DNA from: Lama glama | Lineage: Eukaryota | Length of the DNA stretch: 64,000 nucleotides | Assembly (NCBI GenBank): GCA_028534125.1 | Contig: CM052817.1 | Span: 24,368,001 to 24,432,000 of the forward strand | Reading direction: 5' to 3' | In this document: in pieces, positions 51,261 to 64,000 of the stretch | Layout of the letters: each line of letters starts with the position of its first letter | Numbering within the stretch: position 1 is the first letter of the stretch | Made by a program: the position numbers and the translations under genes | Notes under the pieces: model-generated | Databases searched by the model: none | Seen by the model: only the letters and a program-made list of their open reading frames with translations | Told to the model about the DNA's origin: nothing

Positions 51261-51760
51261 NNNNNNNNNNNNNNNNNNNNNNNNNNNNNNNNNNNNNNNN
51301 NNNNNNNNNNNNNNNNNNNNNNNNNNNNNNNNNNNNNNNNNNNNNNNNNNNNNNNNNNNNNNNNNNNNNNNNNNNNNNNNNNNNNNNNNNNNNNNNNNNN
51401 NNNNNNNNNNNNNNNNNNNNNNNNNNNNNNNNNNNNNNNNNNNNNNNNNNNNNNNNNNNNNNNNNNNNNNNNNNNNNNNNNNNNNNNNNNNNNNNNNNNN
51501 NNNNNNNNNNNNNNNNNNNNNNNNNNNNNNNNNNNNNNNNNNNNNNNNNNNNNNNNNNNNNNNNNNNNNNNNNNNNNNNNNNNNNNNNNNNNNNNNNNNN
51601 NNNNNNNNNNNNNNNNNNNNNNNNNNNNNNNNNNNNNNNNNNNNNNNNNNNNNNNNNNNNNNNNNNNNNNNNNNNNNNNNNNNNNNNNNNNNNNNNNNNN
51701 NNNNNNNNNNNNNNNNNNNNNNNNNNNNNNNNNNNNNNNNNNNNNNNNNNNNNNNNNNNN
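51261..51760. other. Assembly gap (500 N)
   Basis: Run of N. Confidence 1.
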
Positions 51761-52011
51761 TGTGATATGGCCAATAACACACAGCAGAGTTTTGATCGTA
51801 GTCCAAAATATATACTCCTTCTACTACATTACACTATCTCCTAAATTCAATTAAAATTAAACATACACACACTTTTCTGTCCTTCTTGCCATCACCACTG
51901 CCATCTGATTACACCCTCCATACTATCTTTCATACCCATATACCTGCCCCTCCCTTGCTGCATCTCCACAAAGACACACAGAAAATGTGCTCTTCATTTT
52001 TATGACTATAG

Positions 52012-52326
52012 TTTCACTGTCCTGTAGGGCAGCCACAAGCCATACATGGCTATGGAGCTCCTGAAATGTGGCTAGTCCAAATCGAGATGTGCTGTGGCAT
52101 AAAATACACACCAGATTTCAAAAACTTAGACTAAAAAAAGAAAGTAAATTAATAATTTTTATACTTGTTTCATTTTTCAAGAATATTTTGAATATTTTTG
52201 AGTAAACTGAAATATACCATTATTAGAGTTAATTTCACCTGTTTCTCCTTTTTCAAGCAACTAGTAGACAATTTTTAATTACATAGGTTTATTAATGCTA
52301 CATATTATATTTCTATTGTACAGTTT
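52012..52326 (-). mobile_element. MER33 hAT-Charlie MITE
   Basis: tgaaatgtggctagtccaaatcgagatgtgctgt...taaaatacacaccagatttcaaa...ttaatttcacctgtttc...cattatatttctattgtacag. Confidence 0.88.
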
Positions 52327-54108
52327 TGGAACATAGTATAAACTTTTTTGTGTCTGTACTTGAAATTCCCAAGATTTCTGTCACAGGATTAATTCGTTAA
52401 CAGGACCTCTTAAATGTCTGATACATTAAGTATTATCTTTTTTGAATGAATTTATCAGAAATTAGCCCAATTTAACCAATCTAGAAAGGCCCTGAATGAA
52501 TGGGGCTGAGATGGGCAAAAGACTTTGACTCAGGTAGAATCAAGTTTAGGTACAGAAAGTGGGAGAGATGAATGGGTACTGGGTTTGGGGCTGCAGGAAG
52601 GTTCCTTGGTTGGAAGGTTGGCAGAGAGTGAGGGGCTCAAGGAAGTTGGAGAAAAAAAAACTGCAAAATAAAAGAATTGCCAACATGGAAGTACAACCAG
52701 GATGGGTCCTAAATATCCAGTTTCATGGCTTTTCCTTTAAGGATCAGGTTTTGTTCCATAAAAGTTATGATCTTAATGCCAAAGGTAGACTCTGATTCCA
52801 TCACTCTGAGTAAGGCTTCAGCTCTGCAGTCAGACCAGGGCTTTCTGGTAGCCCTTGGACTCGTCAGGCACCTTGGACTTGGATGGGTGTTTGCTTGAGG
52901 GAGAGCTGCAGCGGTAGCACCCTCGGTGAACAGCCCAGTGATGCTGTGGGTTCAGTGTTTCTGGGCTCAGAAGAGGAATAAAGAACGACAAGCAATATAC
53001 TCTCCCCTCAGTTTTTCTGAAGAATATTGTCACTATTCCTGGTAATAGGAACCTCTTTATCTGTCAGTTTTCATTTAGTTGTTTCATTATACCTAAAAAT
53101 TTATCCCTAATGTGGAAACAGTTTCTTCGGACATACTACAATCAGGTGCTTATCCGAGTACTCCTCTGGCTGAACTTGAGAAATTGATTGTGTGCTTTAA
53201 TTACAGTTTAAAACGTAGCAAGTGGAGAAGAAAATGGCACTACTTTAGATCCTTTTGTTCTATGTAATTTAGCATTTAGTCACCATTGTATGTAAATTCC
53301 CAAAGGGAAATTGAAAGGATAAAATGTGATTTTTAAAGTAGAGACTATAATCTTATCTTTAAAAATGTTGTTTTTACATAAAAAACAATGTATTTTGCAT
53401 GTTGTAAAAAGGAAATGAATTTAACTGCATTAAGCGATGAGGAAATACTGGGTTATGGGTCTCAGCACCAAGATTATTTACTGGATCATCTTGGTCCAAT
53501 TACTTCATGAAGTTTGTTTCTCTTTTATAACATGAAGATAATTAAATTTCTCTCCTGGGTTTAGGGTGAGGGAAAAAAATGGATAGATTATAAGTTACAA
53601 CACACACCACCACCTGGAACAGAATAAATGATAACCTTCTCAATGTTCTCCCTCCATATTTAAAGTAAAGGGCATTGCCTCATTCATTCATGAATCAGAA
53701 CCTGTTAGAATAATTCAAAGTCTTCTTGGTAAATTCCTAAATCCATTGCTCCAGCCACAGAGCATTCTATGGAATGCCCTGTCTGAAAGGCCACTCCCTC
53801 TCTGGCACACTCATAGGCACTCCTTCTGCCTCTCTTGCTTGCAAAATAAGATGGCAATATTTTCTATCCCAGGTGGGCTATCAGCTTTTCCTTCTCAACA
53901 TTTGCATCTCTGTCTCTCTCTCTCTCTCTCTGTCTAGTAGCCCTTCCTCAAGAAAGCAGCCTTTATTTTGCACTTGAGTCATTAACTAGAGAGCCTTTTG
54001 GAGACTGTGATATGATGGCAGGACCAGAGGTTTTGTCTCAGCCTCCAAGACAGTGGCATTTTTTTCTCTCCTGGAAAGTCACAGGACCACTGATATCAGT
54101 TCATTAAT

Positions 54109-54220
54109 CAGAAAGAGCTTTCAAATAAGCAGAACCTTCCAAAAATGGGTCCAGCAGCCTCAGGAGGTAATAAATTTCCCATCATTGGAGATGTTCCAGC
54201 GGATGCTAGACGACAACTTG
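54109..54220 (+). mobile_element. L3/CR1 LINE 3' fragment
   Basis: gcctcaggaggtaataaatttcccatcattggagatgttccagcggatgctagacgacaacttg. Confidence 0.7.
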
Positions 54221-54221
54221 T

Positions 54222-54640
54222 TTATTCACTGAGTAAATATTGAATGAGTTCCCACTTTGTGTCTGTGATGGGGTAACAGGAGCTAGAAAAAGAATAAGAC
54301 TAGTTCCCTCAAGTCAAGGTGCTCCTGATCTAGTCAGGGAAACAAACACAAAAGCTGATAACGTTGTACCACTCATACCTTGTGAAGACTTCTCATAGAA
54401 AAGAACGTCCAAGAGAGATCCAAAGGCAAAATGAAGATTAAAAGGGCAGACAAAAATATGTTTAGACAAAGAAACAACATTTAAAAAGTCTAGAGTGAAG
54501 AAAAACATAAGGCTCCAACAAAAAAAACTCAAAACATGAAGACAACAAAAGAGGTGGGTATGGCTGAAGAGGAACTTGGAAAGATAAAAAGGGATTCAGA
54601 CAAGGAAATTTGAAGAACCATATGAACATGTGAGTTTACA
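54222..54640 (-). mobile_element. L2 fragment
   Basis: attcactgagtaaatattgaatgag...aataagactagttccctc...tctagtcagggaaacaaaca. Confidence 0.6.
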
Positions 54641-55219
54641 TGTGAAGCCAGGATCCCCTGGTGGTTTTCAGCAGACTCTGTGCTTGGGAGTCTAGCCCCA
54701 GCCCTGAACTCTGAGGGGTTGAATGGAAACCTGCTTGGCTCCTGTCTTTGCATCTCCAGTCCAGGTGAGGGCTCTCTCTGGCAGAGGGCTGTTGACATCT
54801 CTGACCTGAGTGTATGAAAGGAAAGAGATGGTTGTTCTCAAATTGCTGACTTTTTTTCCCATTATCATTTCTCTTAAAAAGCCAGAGGAAAAGAAATTTT
54901 CCAAGCAGCCATCACAAAGCCTATAAGAAAATGAGTGCCCCATCAACCAAAGATCTATTTAGTGATTATCAAGGAGGAAAAAAAAATCCTTTTCAAAGAC
55001 TCTGTTTGCACCCCAAAGATAAATTTACACGTTTAGCAAAAGAAAAAAGAATATATAAGAAAGATACCTCAGAGGTAAAAATCCTGTATTACTGACCTTT
55101 CTAGGAATGGGTTAATTCCTTCCTGCCCCCCAACCCCCAACTGCATAGTCACAAAGACATAAAAAAGTCTAGTAGAGAGAATGGCTCAATCTTTTTTCCT
55201 CTAAATAACTAACTTCTCA

Positions 55220-55430
55220 TTAGTATTTACTATGTGCAAGAAACACATTAGATGTTTTACATGCATTGCTTTATTTAATCCTCACATGACTGAGAACTAA
55301 GTAGGTATCATCATTGTTCTCATTTTATCAATAGGTAAACTGAGGCTAAGTGAGGTTGGAAACTCGCTTACCACCACAAAGCAAGCAGTGATGGAGCCAG
55401 GGATTCAGACTCAGAATCTTGACCACTACA
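55220..55430 (-). mobile_element. MIR SINE
   Basis: atttaatcctcac...aaactgaggctaagtgaggtt...gagccagggattc. Confidence 0.8.
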
Positions 55431-55439
55431 CAAGAGTTT

Positions 55440-55620
55440 CAAGAGGCAGAACTTACACTACCTGCACCAGCAGTGTCTGGAGTGCTTGTTTAAGATGCAG
55501 ATCCTTCAGGCCCAGTCCAGGCCTATGGATCAGAATTTATATGAGTGAGTCCAGAAAATCACATTTTAACCAAGCAGCCAATGTGATTCTTTTGAGGACA
55601 GAAATTTGATCAGCATTCCA
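55440..55620. mobile_element. MER5-family MITE fragment
   Basis: gagtgcttgtttaagatgcagatccttcaggccc...gatcagaat...attttaaccaagc...gtgattct. Confidence 0.65.
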
Positions 55621-55889
55621 CTCTACTATTCAAAATGACACTGGTAGATTAAAGTAACTGTCCCAGGACTCTAGAGGAGAAAAATGACCAAGGTAGGAAC
55701 ATTAGCTTTTTGTTCTCTCTGAGTGTGCTTGTTCAGAGCAACAAAACTGTCGAATTGGAAAAGGTGAAATCTAGCTGCTACTTGCCTCAGTGCTACAGCT
55801 GTAGTTAAAGCTGGGCTGCTCCCCACATTTGGCGCCTTGTGGTACCCCTGCTCTTGTGCCTAGAGAGGCCTTTCCTGACCGATGTTATC

Positions 55890-56430
55890 GACAGCACCAT
55901 AGTGAAGAGCAAGGAGCTACACCCATGGGGCCTGGGCTCCCAGTTCTGTCCCTCACTGCGTAAAAATGGAAGTCATTTACATTCTCTGGGCCTCAGTTTT
56001 GTCATTTATGAAATGGGGATAATTAATGCTCAGGGAACAAATTTAGGGCAGAGAGTAAACTTCATCTGATGTTGTATGTGAAATTCATGTAGCCTGAAGC
56101 CTGATGCCTAAGAGGTGCTCAGAAGACGGTGATGGTGGTTTTTACAAATAGCCCAGCACTCTGGCTATCCCTTCTGTTTTCTACCCAATTTTAGGATAAC
56201 AGGCGAAGAGCCTTGGCTTTTTAGTTGAACAAATGTGAATTCAAGTCCTGACTCTGTCAATCACTAGCTATGAGATCTTGGGCAAGTTAAGTTACATAAG
56301 TGCTCTAACTTTTATCTTCTCATTTATGACACAAGGACAAATTTCTGCTTCTGAGAATTCTTTTAAGAATTAAAAGAAATAAAGTATGCAAAGTTCCTAG
56401 TACATGGTAGACACTCAACATCTGTTGTTT
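55890..56430 (+). mobile_element. Two tandem MIR SINEs (~55890-56130, ~56195-56430)
   Basis: ctctgggcctcagttttgtcatttatgaaatggggataat; ttcaagtcctgactctgtc...ctagctatgagatcttgggcaagtt. Confidence 0.75.
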
Positions 56431-56744
56431 ACTCTCTCATTTTAAAACCAAATTACTTGGTTTCTTAACAACCTCAGAGGGCAATTTGTTATAATTGTAG
56501 CATTGTGTATTTTATTGGATTTAATTCCTTTCAAGGCTAATATAGTAGCTTAGTAATTTGTTACTAACTTATTGACTAGAACCCAAACATTATCCAAATA
56601 TTAGTTATGGATCACTTCCTAGCTCTTCCTTACTCTGACTTCTTGTCCTTCCACATCAGCCCAAATTTATTCCCTTAGAGACCGCATAGCTCAAGCTGCT
56701 TCTTTTCCAGGCAAGATATTGGCAGCCAAAAGAGGTGAAGTGAC

Positions 56745-56995
56745 AGAAGATCCAGGTCAGCTGCAAAGATGATAAAATAGTTGGAAAATGAGATTTATGA
56801 AAAAAGTAATTTTAAAAGCTAGAAATTATTTCTTCTGGAGATTCTGAGGACAACTCAGTGATGATCATCAGACACATGGATGTTTACGCTGCAAGGAAAT
56901 GTATTCCTCAGTTACCCTCCAATTCCACAAAGGACAAGGGGCTCTGGACCTGATCACAGTGTGATGGATTTAGAGTAAATATAAGAAAGATGATG
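56745..56995 (+). mobile_element. L3/CR1 ORF2 C-terminal remnant
   Basis: gcaaagatgataaaatagttggaaaatgagatttatgaaaaaag resembles CR1 ATKMIKGLENxxYEERL. Confidence 0.55.
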
Positions 56996-58370
56996 GCCAG
57001 AACAGAGCTGACAGTTTTCTCTGGTTTATTTTCTGTTATCCTTTATAAATCTCCCAGAATCATGATTCAAATGTCAGGCTTTGGCCACATCTAATTACTT
57101 CTCTAAGCCCCATTCATTCACTTAGCACACAACTGGGGAGCACCACATCTGCACCAAGCACTGTGCCAGGCCCTGGGGACATGAGAACCAGATGGGCATG
57201 GTCCCTATCTTTGTGGCATTATATAGTCCAACTGGAGTGGATGTTATGGACAGAGTCCTTAGAAAGGTAGATCTAGAGTAAAACGATCATTTCCTTAACT
57301 AGGAATTTTGGAACTTTCTACAGCATCTCAGTTGGTAAAGATAGTAAATTCCAAGTGCCTTAGTATGTCCTTCAGCTCCTTCAAAGATCTAGTTTCATCT
57401 CTCAACATTCCCATAACATGCGCCAGTGACATACAGTTCCCTAAATACACCTTTGTGAAGAAACAGTTTTGTGCCTTGGGGTTTTCTCTGTTTGTTATGC
57501 TTTGCTCCCCACCATCACTGAGCCCCAGGGAGTAAACTGGTCTTCCCATTAAGTAATGGACAGATTGTGAGTTCTGTACATCAGTATCCCTGATAGGCTG
57601 TGAGCCCTATAAAAGCAGGAAAAACATGGAATGTCATTGTGGTCTAGTGTTTAGCAAAGTATGTGGACAATCAATACAAGAAGGAAGGGGGGAAAGAATG
57701 GGAGAAAGAAATGAGAGAGGAAGGAGGGTAGGATGGAAGGAAGGGAGGGAAGGAGAGAGGAAGGAAAGACTCTCATATGATGAGATAATATTCCTAAGTC
57801 TTAACTGTATTTCTCCCAAAGGCCTCTTCCCACTCCCTGCACAATCCGTCCACTCCTACCTCTGCCCTCAGCTTATAACCCGTCTTAGATCCTGAAACAA
57901 AAATAAAATAGGCTTGAGTCAGAAGGACTTAGACATACACCTACAGAGTTTACAGAATGAGTTTTTAATACCAGAAGATAATAGATAAATGACTCTGGAT
58001 GAGAACGAAGTAAAAAGAAAGAGTATCTCTTAGACCATAGAGAAAGACACAGAAAAACCCCAAGGTTAGTAGGACTAAGGTTTAGAGTAGGAAGGGTGAG
58101 GAAAGACCTTCCTTTGAGAGCACTAAGCAAGACTGACTTAGTTCTAAGTCATCACACTTCCTCACATCCAAGGGACCAATTGCCCAGAGTCAGCCTCTTG
58201 GCCAGAGAGCATCAGTTTGGAGAAAACTGGTTAGGGCACTGGAGATGCTATCCTGACTCCTGCCTACCTGGAGCATCTAGAGAACTTGTATCAGGAACAT
58301 GGACACTTGTGGCATGAGAGTGATATGAAATAATCCTAAACCATCCATCCTGGTTGAACTCAAAGCACTT

Positions 58371-58729
58371 CATTTTTTTAATTGAGGTAAAATTGGTATG
58401 TAACATTATATAAATTTCACATGTTCATAATAATGTTTCATAATTCAACATCTGTATATACTACAAAGTGATCACCACCAAAGGTCTGCTTACCAAAAAA
58501 AAGGCTTTTTGTTTGTTCATATTAGTGAAATTTTGTGGTATTTGTCTTTCACTTAGCATAACACTCCCAAGTTCCATCCATGTCATTGCAAATAGTAAGA
58601 TTTCATTATTCTTATGGCTGAGTAGTATTCTACTGTATATATATACCACACCATCTTTATGTATTCATCTTAGTGAACATTTAGTTTGTTTCCATATCTT
58701 GACTATTGTAAATAATGCCCCAATAAATT
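58371..58729 (-). mobile_element. L1 3' fragment with 9-bp TSD, inserted at the tail of another L1
   Basis: aaagcactt at 58362-58370 and 58730-58738; L1 3'UTR motifs. Confidence 0.78.
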
Positions 58730-58738
58730 AAAGCACTT

Positions 58739-59125
58739 TTTAAAAATTGAAATAACATTGGTTTTTAACATTGCATAAGTTTCATGTATACAATATTATA
58801 TTTCTACATATATATATATATGTATATCTCACATATACATTTATCACATTTCCTTATACATTCATTCATCAGTGGATATTTAGGTTGTTTCCACATCTTG
58901 GCTATTGTAAACAATGCTGCTGTGAACATTGGGGTGAATAAATCTTTTCAAATTAATGTTCTTGTATTCTTTGGATGTATACCTATGAGTGGAATTGCTG
59001 GATCATATGTTAGTTCTAGTCTTAATATTCTTAGAAATCCCCCTACCGTTTTTCATAGTGGCTGTGCCCATTTACATTCCCACCAAGTGTATGAGGGCTT
59101 CCATTTTCCCACATCCTCGTCAACA
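58739..59125 (-). mobile_element. L1 3' fragment with internal deletion
   Basis: attgaaataacattggtttttaacattg...ggttgtttccacatcttggctattgtaaacaatgctgc...ggaattgctggatcatatg. Confidence 0.82.
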
Positions 59126-59272
59126 TGGGCTTCTAAAAGGAGCACAATTACTAAGACTTCCCGCATGGTCACAAAGGTGACCTTTAGCTTTGTCTTGCAA
59201 TGGATTTTATGAAATGAAGTAGGTCAGACCTATGACCACCAGAACAGGCATTAGGAAAATTAATTTAGAATC

Positions 59273-59736
59273 TGTATTAGTTAACTAGGGCTGCTCTAAC
59301 AAATTACCACAAACTGAGTGACTTAAAACAACAGTAAGAACTGACATGAAATCTATTATCTCACAGTTCTAGAGGCTGGAAGTCTGAAATCAAGTTAATA
59401 GCAGGTCCATACTCCCTTTGAAGGCTCTAGGAGGAGTGCTTCCTTGGCTCTTTTAGGTTTTGGAGATTGCTAGCAATCTTTGGCATTTGTTGGTTGTGGC
59501 AGCACAACTTCAGTCTCGGCCTCTGTATCCACATGGTCATCTTCCTTCTGTATGTCTGAGTGTCTGTGTCTCCGTTTCTCTTCTTGTAAGAATTAGAGCC
59601 CACCCTAATCCAGTATGGCCTCAACTTGTATCTTAATTACATCTGCAGAGACCCTATTTCCAAGGTCACATTCACAGGTACCCAGGAGCAAGACCTTGAA
59701 TGTATCTTTCTGGGGAACATAATTCAACTCACAACA
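59273..59736 (-). mobile_element. MaLR solo LTR MLT1B/C-like, perfect 5-bp TSD
   Basis: tgtattag...cacaaca termini; GAATC at 59268-59272 and 59737-59741. Confidence 0.92.
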
Positions 59737-59944
59737 GAATCCTAAATGTTATTTCTTACCACAGCCTACAGTGAAGCGGCAAATTAGATGCTACTATGTG
59801 ATATATTACTCTAAACATAGTTTTACTCAACTACAGGGAAAATTCTATCAAAAAAAATGACTCAACTACATTAGAATTTCCTAATTAGTGTTCCACAGAA
59901 TACTGTTTCTGAGGATGTAATTAGCTGTGCTGTGACTCAAGGGT

Positions 59945-60585
59945 TATGTATCTATTACAGCCCCAATCAAAGAAGAACTAGTAGGTGATACATGCTATAT
60001 TATATGTTACATATGTATATTCTATATTGTGTATCATATAAAGCTACATATTATATAGCATATACACAAGGGAATTTATCTTATGTAATTATGCAGCTTG
60101 TTTAAGGAATCTCTGTAAAGTTGTCTTCTTGTGTGGTGTTGAAGCTTAAAGTCCACAGAATGGGCAATCAGAAAGAAAGATGGATGTAAAGTGGGGGAGA
60201 TCAAGGATAAGCCAAAACCCATGAGTACAGGTGGAACCTATGTCAGTTCCTATGGCCTCTGACCTTGATGGCATGGGCGTCCTGTGGGAAGAGCTGGAGC
60301 TAAACACACAACCTGGCCCAAGAGTCAGAGAAGCTGAAGGAGGATTAGTGGAAAGGTGGAGCACTGGCAGGCCCAGCGGCTGCTCCACATCCCTGAGGCA
60401 AGCCAGCAGAGAAGCAACAAAGTGGGAGACCCACAAAAGGGCTACTGCTGTATTTCTGCCTTTCCAATCTCCTGCCAGAATATCTCGTGTTGCACCCCTC
60501 CCTGCCCCCAACCAAAACGCACACAGGATGGGGATTCTGGGAAATGGAGTTTAGCCTAGTCAAGTTGACACATTACCAAGTCACT
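59945..60585 (-). mobile_element. ERVL LTR (MLT2F-like) inserted in a Charlie-type MITE (~59880-59930, ~60590-60760)
   Basis: gatggatgtaaagtggggg...; end ggggattctgggaaatggagtttagcctagtcaagttgacaca; flanks agtgttccacagaatact / aaaggctcagcaaagtcct...tttcccacacttatt. Confidence 0.65.
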
Positions 60586-61263
60586 TAAGCTATAGCACTA
60601 CGTTAAAAATCACAATGTGCCATATCTCTCTCTCTGAGAGACTCAGGACATTAGTGTACCAAAGGCTCAGCAAAGTCCTTGAGTTTAAAAATAAATAAAC
60701 TTTTCAGCTTTGATCTAAGATTTCCCACACTTATTACAATAGCTGATTTTGGAGATTATGATTATGAAAAATTATTGTGGAAACTCAATGATTGTTTATT
60801 GGCGTGATGTCTGTTTTTTGCTATATTTCTATAAGTAGTTCTTAGAAAAACTCTAATAAGATGCTGTGTTTCTTTAGAATATCCTGGTTACTAAGTAGAG
60901 AAGAGTTTCTTCAATTCATTCACCAACATATCCAATCATTCTCAATTTTAAGGGAAGATATATGCAACATGCTAGAGAAATCTGGAACTTCTCAAATCAT
61001 CCTTAAGTAATCCATTTAAAGTGTTGGGGCTCTATCTTATCTTCATGAAAGGCCTAATAATAAATAAAGCTCATCTGATTTCCTTTTAAAAGTGACTGTA
61101 GTTAAACCACCTACAGAATCAATGTACACACACCCACATCTTGGAACATATAGTCATTGGATTAAAAGTTTTAAAACTAGATTATAAAAATAGCTACTGT
61201 TTAAGGCAACATAATAACAGATGAGAGCATGGACTTGGGAACCAGGCTTTTCCAAGTGAAAAC

Positions 61264-61631
61264 TGTCTTAATCTGTTTGGGCTGCTGCAATGGTATACCA
61301 TAGACTAGGTGGCTTATAAACAACAGACATTTATTGCTAACAGTTTTGGAGGCTGGGAAGTTCAAGAACAAGGCACCAGCAGGTTTGGTGTCTGGTGACG
61401 GCTCTCTTTTGGTTCGTAGTCAGCCACCTTCTCACTGTATCCTCACATGGTGGAATGGTTAAGGGAGCTCTCTGGGGTCTCTTTAATAAGGGCAGTAATA
61501 CTATTTCTAAGGGCTCCACCCTCATGACCTAATCACCTCCCAAGGGCCTCACTTCTAAATATCACATTGGGGATTAGGTTTCAACATATAATTTGGGGAA
61601 AAGAGGGGACACAAACATTGAGTCTCTAGCA
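61264..61631 (-). mobile_element. MaLR LTR MLT1A-like
   Basis: tgtcttaatctgtttgggctgctg...ggctccaccctcatgacctaatcacctcccaa...acacaaacattgagtctctagca. Confidence 0.9.
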
Positions 61632-61632
61632 A

Positions 61633-61845
61633 GCATGGACTCTGAAATCAGTCTGCTTAAACTTGAGACTCAGTTCTACCACTTATTAGCTGTGTGACAC
61701 TGAGTAAGCTACTTAATCACTCTGAGCTTCAATTTTCTCATTGTAAAACAGGACTAGTAATCTTTCTCCCTTCATAAGTTATAATGGGTATTAAAGAATT
61801 TAACATTTGGAAAGAGTTTTAAACCATGCTTTGTACATTGTGAAT
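61633..61845 (+). mobile_element. MIR SINE
   Basis: catggactctgaaatcag...ctaccacttattagctgtgtgac...tcattgtaaaa. Confidence 0.8.
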
Positions 61846-62899
61846 GGTGTGTGTGTGTGTATGTGTGTGTGTCCAGCTCTTCAAGGCAATCCCTGCTGAG
61901 CCTATACCATTATGTCAGTTTTATAGATGAGGAAAGTCTGTTCAAATAGAGGTGAAGTATTGTCTCTTAGGGCATACTGCAGGAGGCAGTCAGGACAAAA
62001 CCCTAGATGACTCTGACTCTAACACATGGTCTCATTCCCCACAGCCATGGCACCTTCAAGCAAAGCTTTATGGCTCTCTTAGACTTCCTCCAGAAAGTCT
62101 CAAAAGACAAGATCAAATTGACTAGGTCCAGAAATGGAATTAGTCCCTCTCCCTAGGGGTGCTAAAGTTGTAGCTGTCACTCATTCTTGACCTAGACTAG
62201 ATATGAATGCAGAACTTAGAATGAAAGGCTCCATGGGTTTATTTTGCCCTGAGCTTACATGGTCCCTAGAAAGTTCTTTAAATACTTTCAATCAAGGGCT
62301 CAGAAAAATTTTTAAAAATAACCTTGCACATACAATTAGAAACTGGCATGTGGGGAATTAAACAGAAGAGATGGAATTTTCTCTGATTATCAGGGACTAC
62401 TTGAAGGGAACTGCTTTGAAGAAAATACCTCAGACTCAAAAACCACACAAGGAGTTCTGACATGACTTGTTGATGGCAAAGCTGACAGGAGCTCAAGGGC
62501 AGAGACTCAGAAAAGAGACCCTCCTCTTTTAGCCGTCAGAGATAGAGAGGGACCAGCTTGGAATGGTCTGGGACAGGTGTCACTGTGTTATTGCGAGTTT
62601 AATGACTATTACAGAAACATAGACAGTAAAATATTTTCAAAGCAAGTGTGAAAGAATCCCTTATCATGTTTCTATGTGATCATGCTTGAGAAGCAGATCA
62701 AAAATGAATTTCCACACATCTCCACAGTAGTTCAAGTAATTCGAAGGATGCCATCAGGACACCAGATGGCTGTTTCACTATAGGATAGTGAAGTAGTGAA
62801 AAAGGAGAAAAGAGGTTCTGCTCACACTTCTTCAGGAAGCTTTTGCTGATCCCTGCTGTCTGCGTTGATCACTCCCAGCTCTGGACTCCTGCTGCCAAT

Positions 62900-63100
62900 A
62901 CAGTCAGTGCTACGTGTTTTGTATCTGTGGTTCTTCTATTTGTTAACCGAGTGACCTAAAGCGAGTTACCTGACTACTCTCATCCATTTCCTCAGTGTCA
63001 GGATGAGAAAACTACCAATCTCACAGGGGTAAGAATAAGAATGAACTTCATTAATCACAAAAGGACTTAGACCACAGTGCTTGGCACTTGGTGCCGTGGT
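62900..63100 (+). mobile_element. MIR SINE fragment
   Basis: gtgacctaaagcgagttacctgac...catttcctcagtgt...cacagtgcttggcac. Confidence 0.6.
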
Positions 63101-63369
63101 TCGTGGGCTTTCTATGTTCCTGCTTCCTGTCTCGCATAGACTGTGGGATTTGATGTGCCCATTGGGAAATATTTTAAGACCCATAAGAACTTAGAAATAT
63201 CTGTTTCTGAGATTTCAACTATGGCATCATCACAACATGGACCAAACCACGGATTTTCAAAATTAACCTAAAGATATAAAATTAATCTTCAAGCATAATA
63301 AGCCAGGATTTATGAAATGAACTTTGTAAAAGAACCAACTGTATAAGCAACTGTGGAAGAAAATCAGTG

Positions 63370-63562
63370 GCTTCATTGGAACTCTTTGGATACAAGTGAC
63401 AGAAGCCCAACTTAAATAATAACAATTATTATTATTATTATGTGCTCAAACAATATCACAGAATTGTTCCTTTCTCCATTTCTCTGTTTTGCTTTCCTCT
63501 GTATTGGATTCACTCTTGAGCAAACCTTCAACTGAAATAGCTAATGACTCCTGGCAGTTCAC
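63370..63562 (-). mobile_element. Old MaLR LTR fragment (MLT1J/K-like)
   Basis: ctctttggatacaagtgacagaagcccaact...ctgttttgctttcctctgtattggattcactct. Confidence 0.55.
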
Positions 63563-63564
63563 AT

Positions 63565-63995
63565 GGCCTTGGCTAGCACCATTATTATCCAAGTACTTAC
63601 AATGTTTTTGATCCACTGACATAGAATCCCATGTAATATGTCCAAAGGAGCCACTTTACAGAAAAGCAGGCAATGCTCTGCATGCATATAATGGCACACA
63701 CTGATCCTAGCACATACTGTGCTAACTAGCAGCAGCTGGCCTGATAAGCAGGGATATGGCCATTTGAAGGACACTGGCTTAGCATCATACCTTGAAAGGA
63801 TGGGAGGACAACTTATATACACTCGAGGACACCTCATTATACTAAATTGATGACCATTGTGGGAGCTGGTGCTATGTGCCCTGTTAGTAGAATATATGCA
63901 TCTGGGAACCAAGGAGAAGAAATAGAAATGGCCTCACTCACCATCATCCCCAGGATCCATGTGAAGAATTTGTGCTTCCTGTTCTACACTGATAG
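63565..63995 (+). mobile_element. ERVL/MaLR internal (integrase region) remnant
   Basis: ccaaaggagccactttacag, gcagctggcctgata, ctgggaaccaagg...gaaatggcctcactcaccatcatcccc...tttgtgcttcctgttc are collinear with the recalled ERVL integrase nucleotide consensus. Confidence 0.8.
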
Positions 63996-64000
63996 ACCCT

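Noticed and set aside
51189..51854. Longest ORFs in the track (176-221 aa)
   Set aside because: Artefacts of the 500-N gap.
52905..52935. CTCF-like tagcaccctcggtga in a GC-richer patch
   Set aside because: Spacing is one base off the CTCF core; unsupported without ChIP data. Similar weak hits at ~5731 and ~16291 were also rejected.
60146..60563. Cluster of overlapping 67-121 aa ORFs
   Set aside because: All lie in a GC-richer MLT2-like LTR; no splice or homology support.

Overview
Mammalian (eutherian) genomic DNA, AT-rich and gene-poor, most likely camelid (alpaca/llama/camel): it carries two Vic-1-type tRNA-derived SINEs and cetartiodactyl/camelid-type L1 3' ends. I can support no protein-coding exon or RNA gene. 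The supplied ORFs are short chance frames, repeat-derived, or artefacts of N-runs and microsatellites. The window is intergenic or deep-intronic and is dominated by layered transposon fossils: MIR, L2, L3/CR1, several L1 generations, MaLR/ERVL/ERV1 LTRs, an ERVL integrase remnant, and hAT-Charlie and Tigger DNA elements. It also has two assembly gaps and a 315-bp pure-purine tract. Most notable observations: (1) a ~210-bp apparently non-repeat segment duplicated ~2 kb away with its second part inverted (A-B ... A-B'); (2) a heavily decayed hAT/Charlie-type transposase fossil scattered over ~33.8-39.2 kb and broken by later insertions; (3) a clear twin-primed, 5'-inverted L1 with TSDs that hosts a younger L1; (4) an ERV1 solo LTR with two perfect TGATTGACAG PBX/PREP-MEIS sites. 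Repeat family names come from recalled consensus similarity, not a database search, and boundaries without TSD support are approximate. I see no convincing novel functional system.
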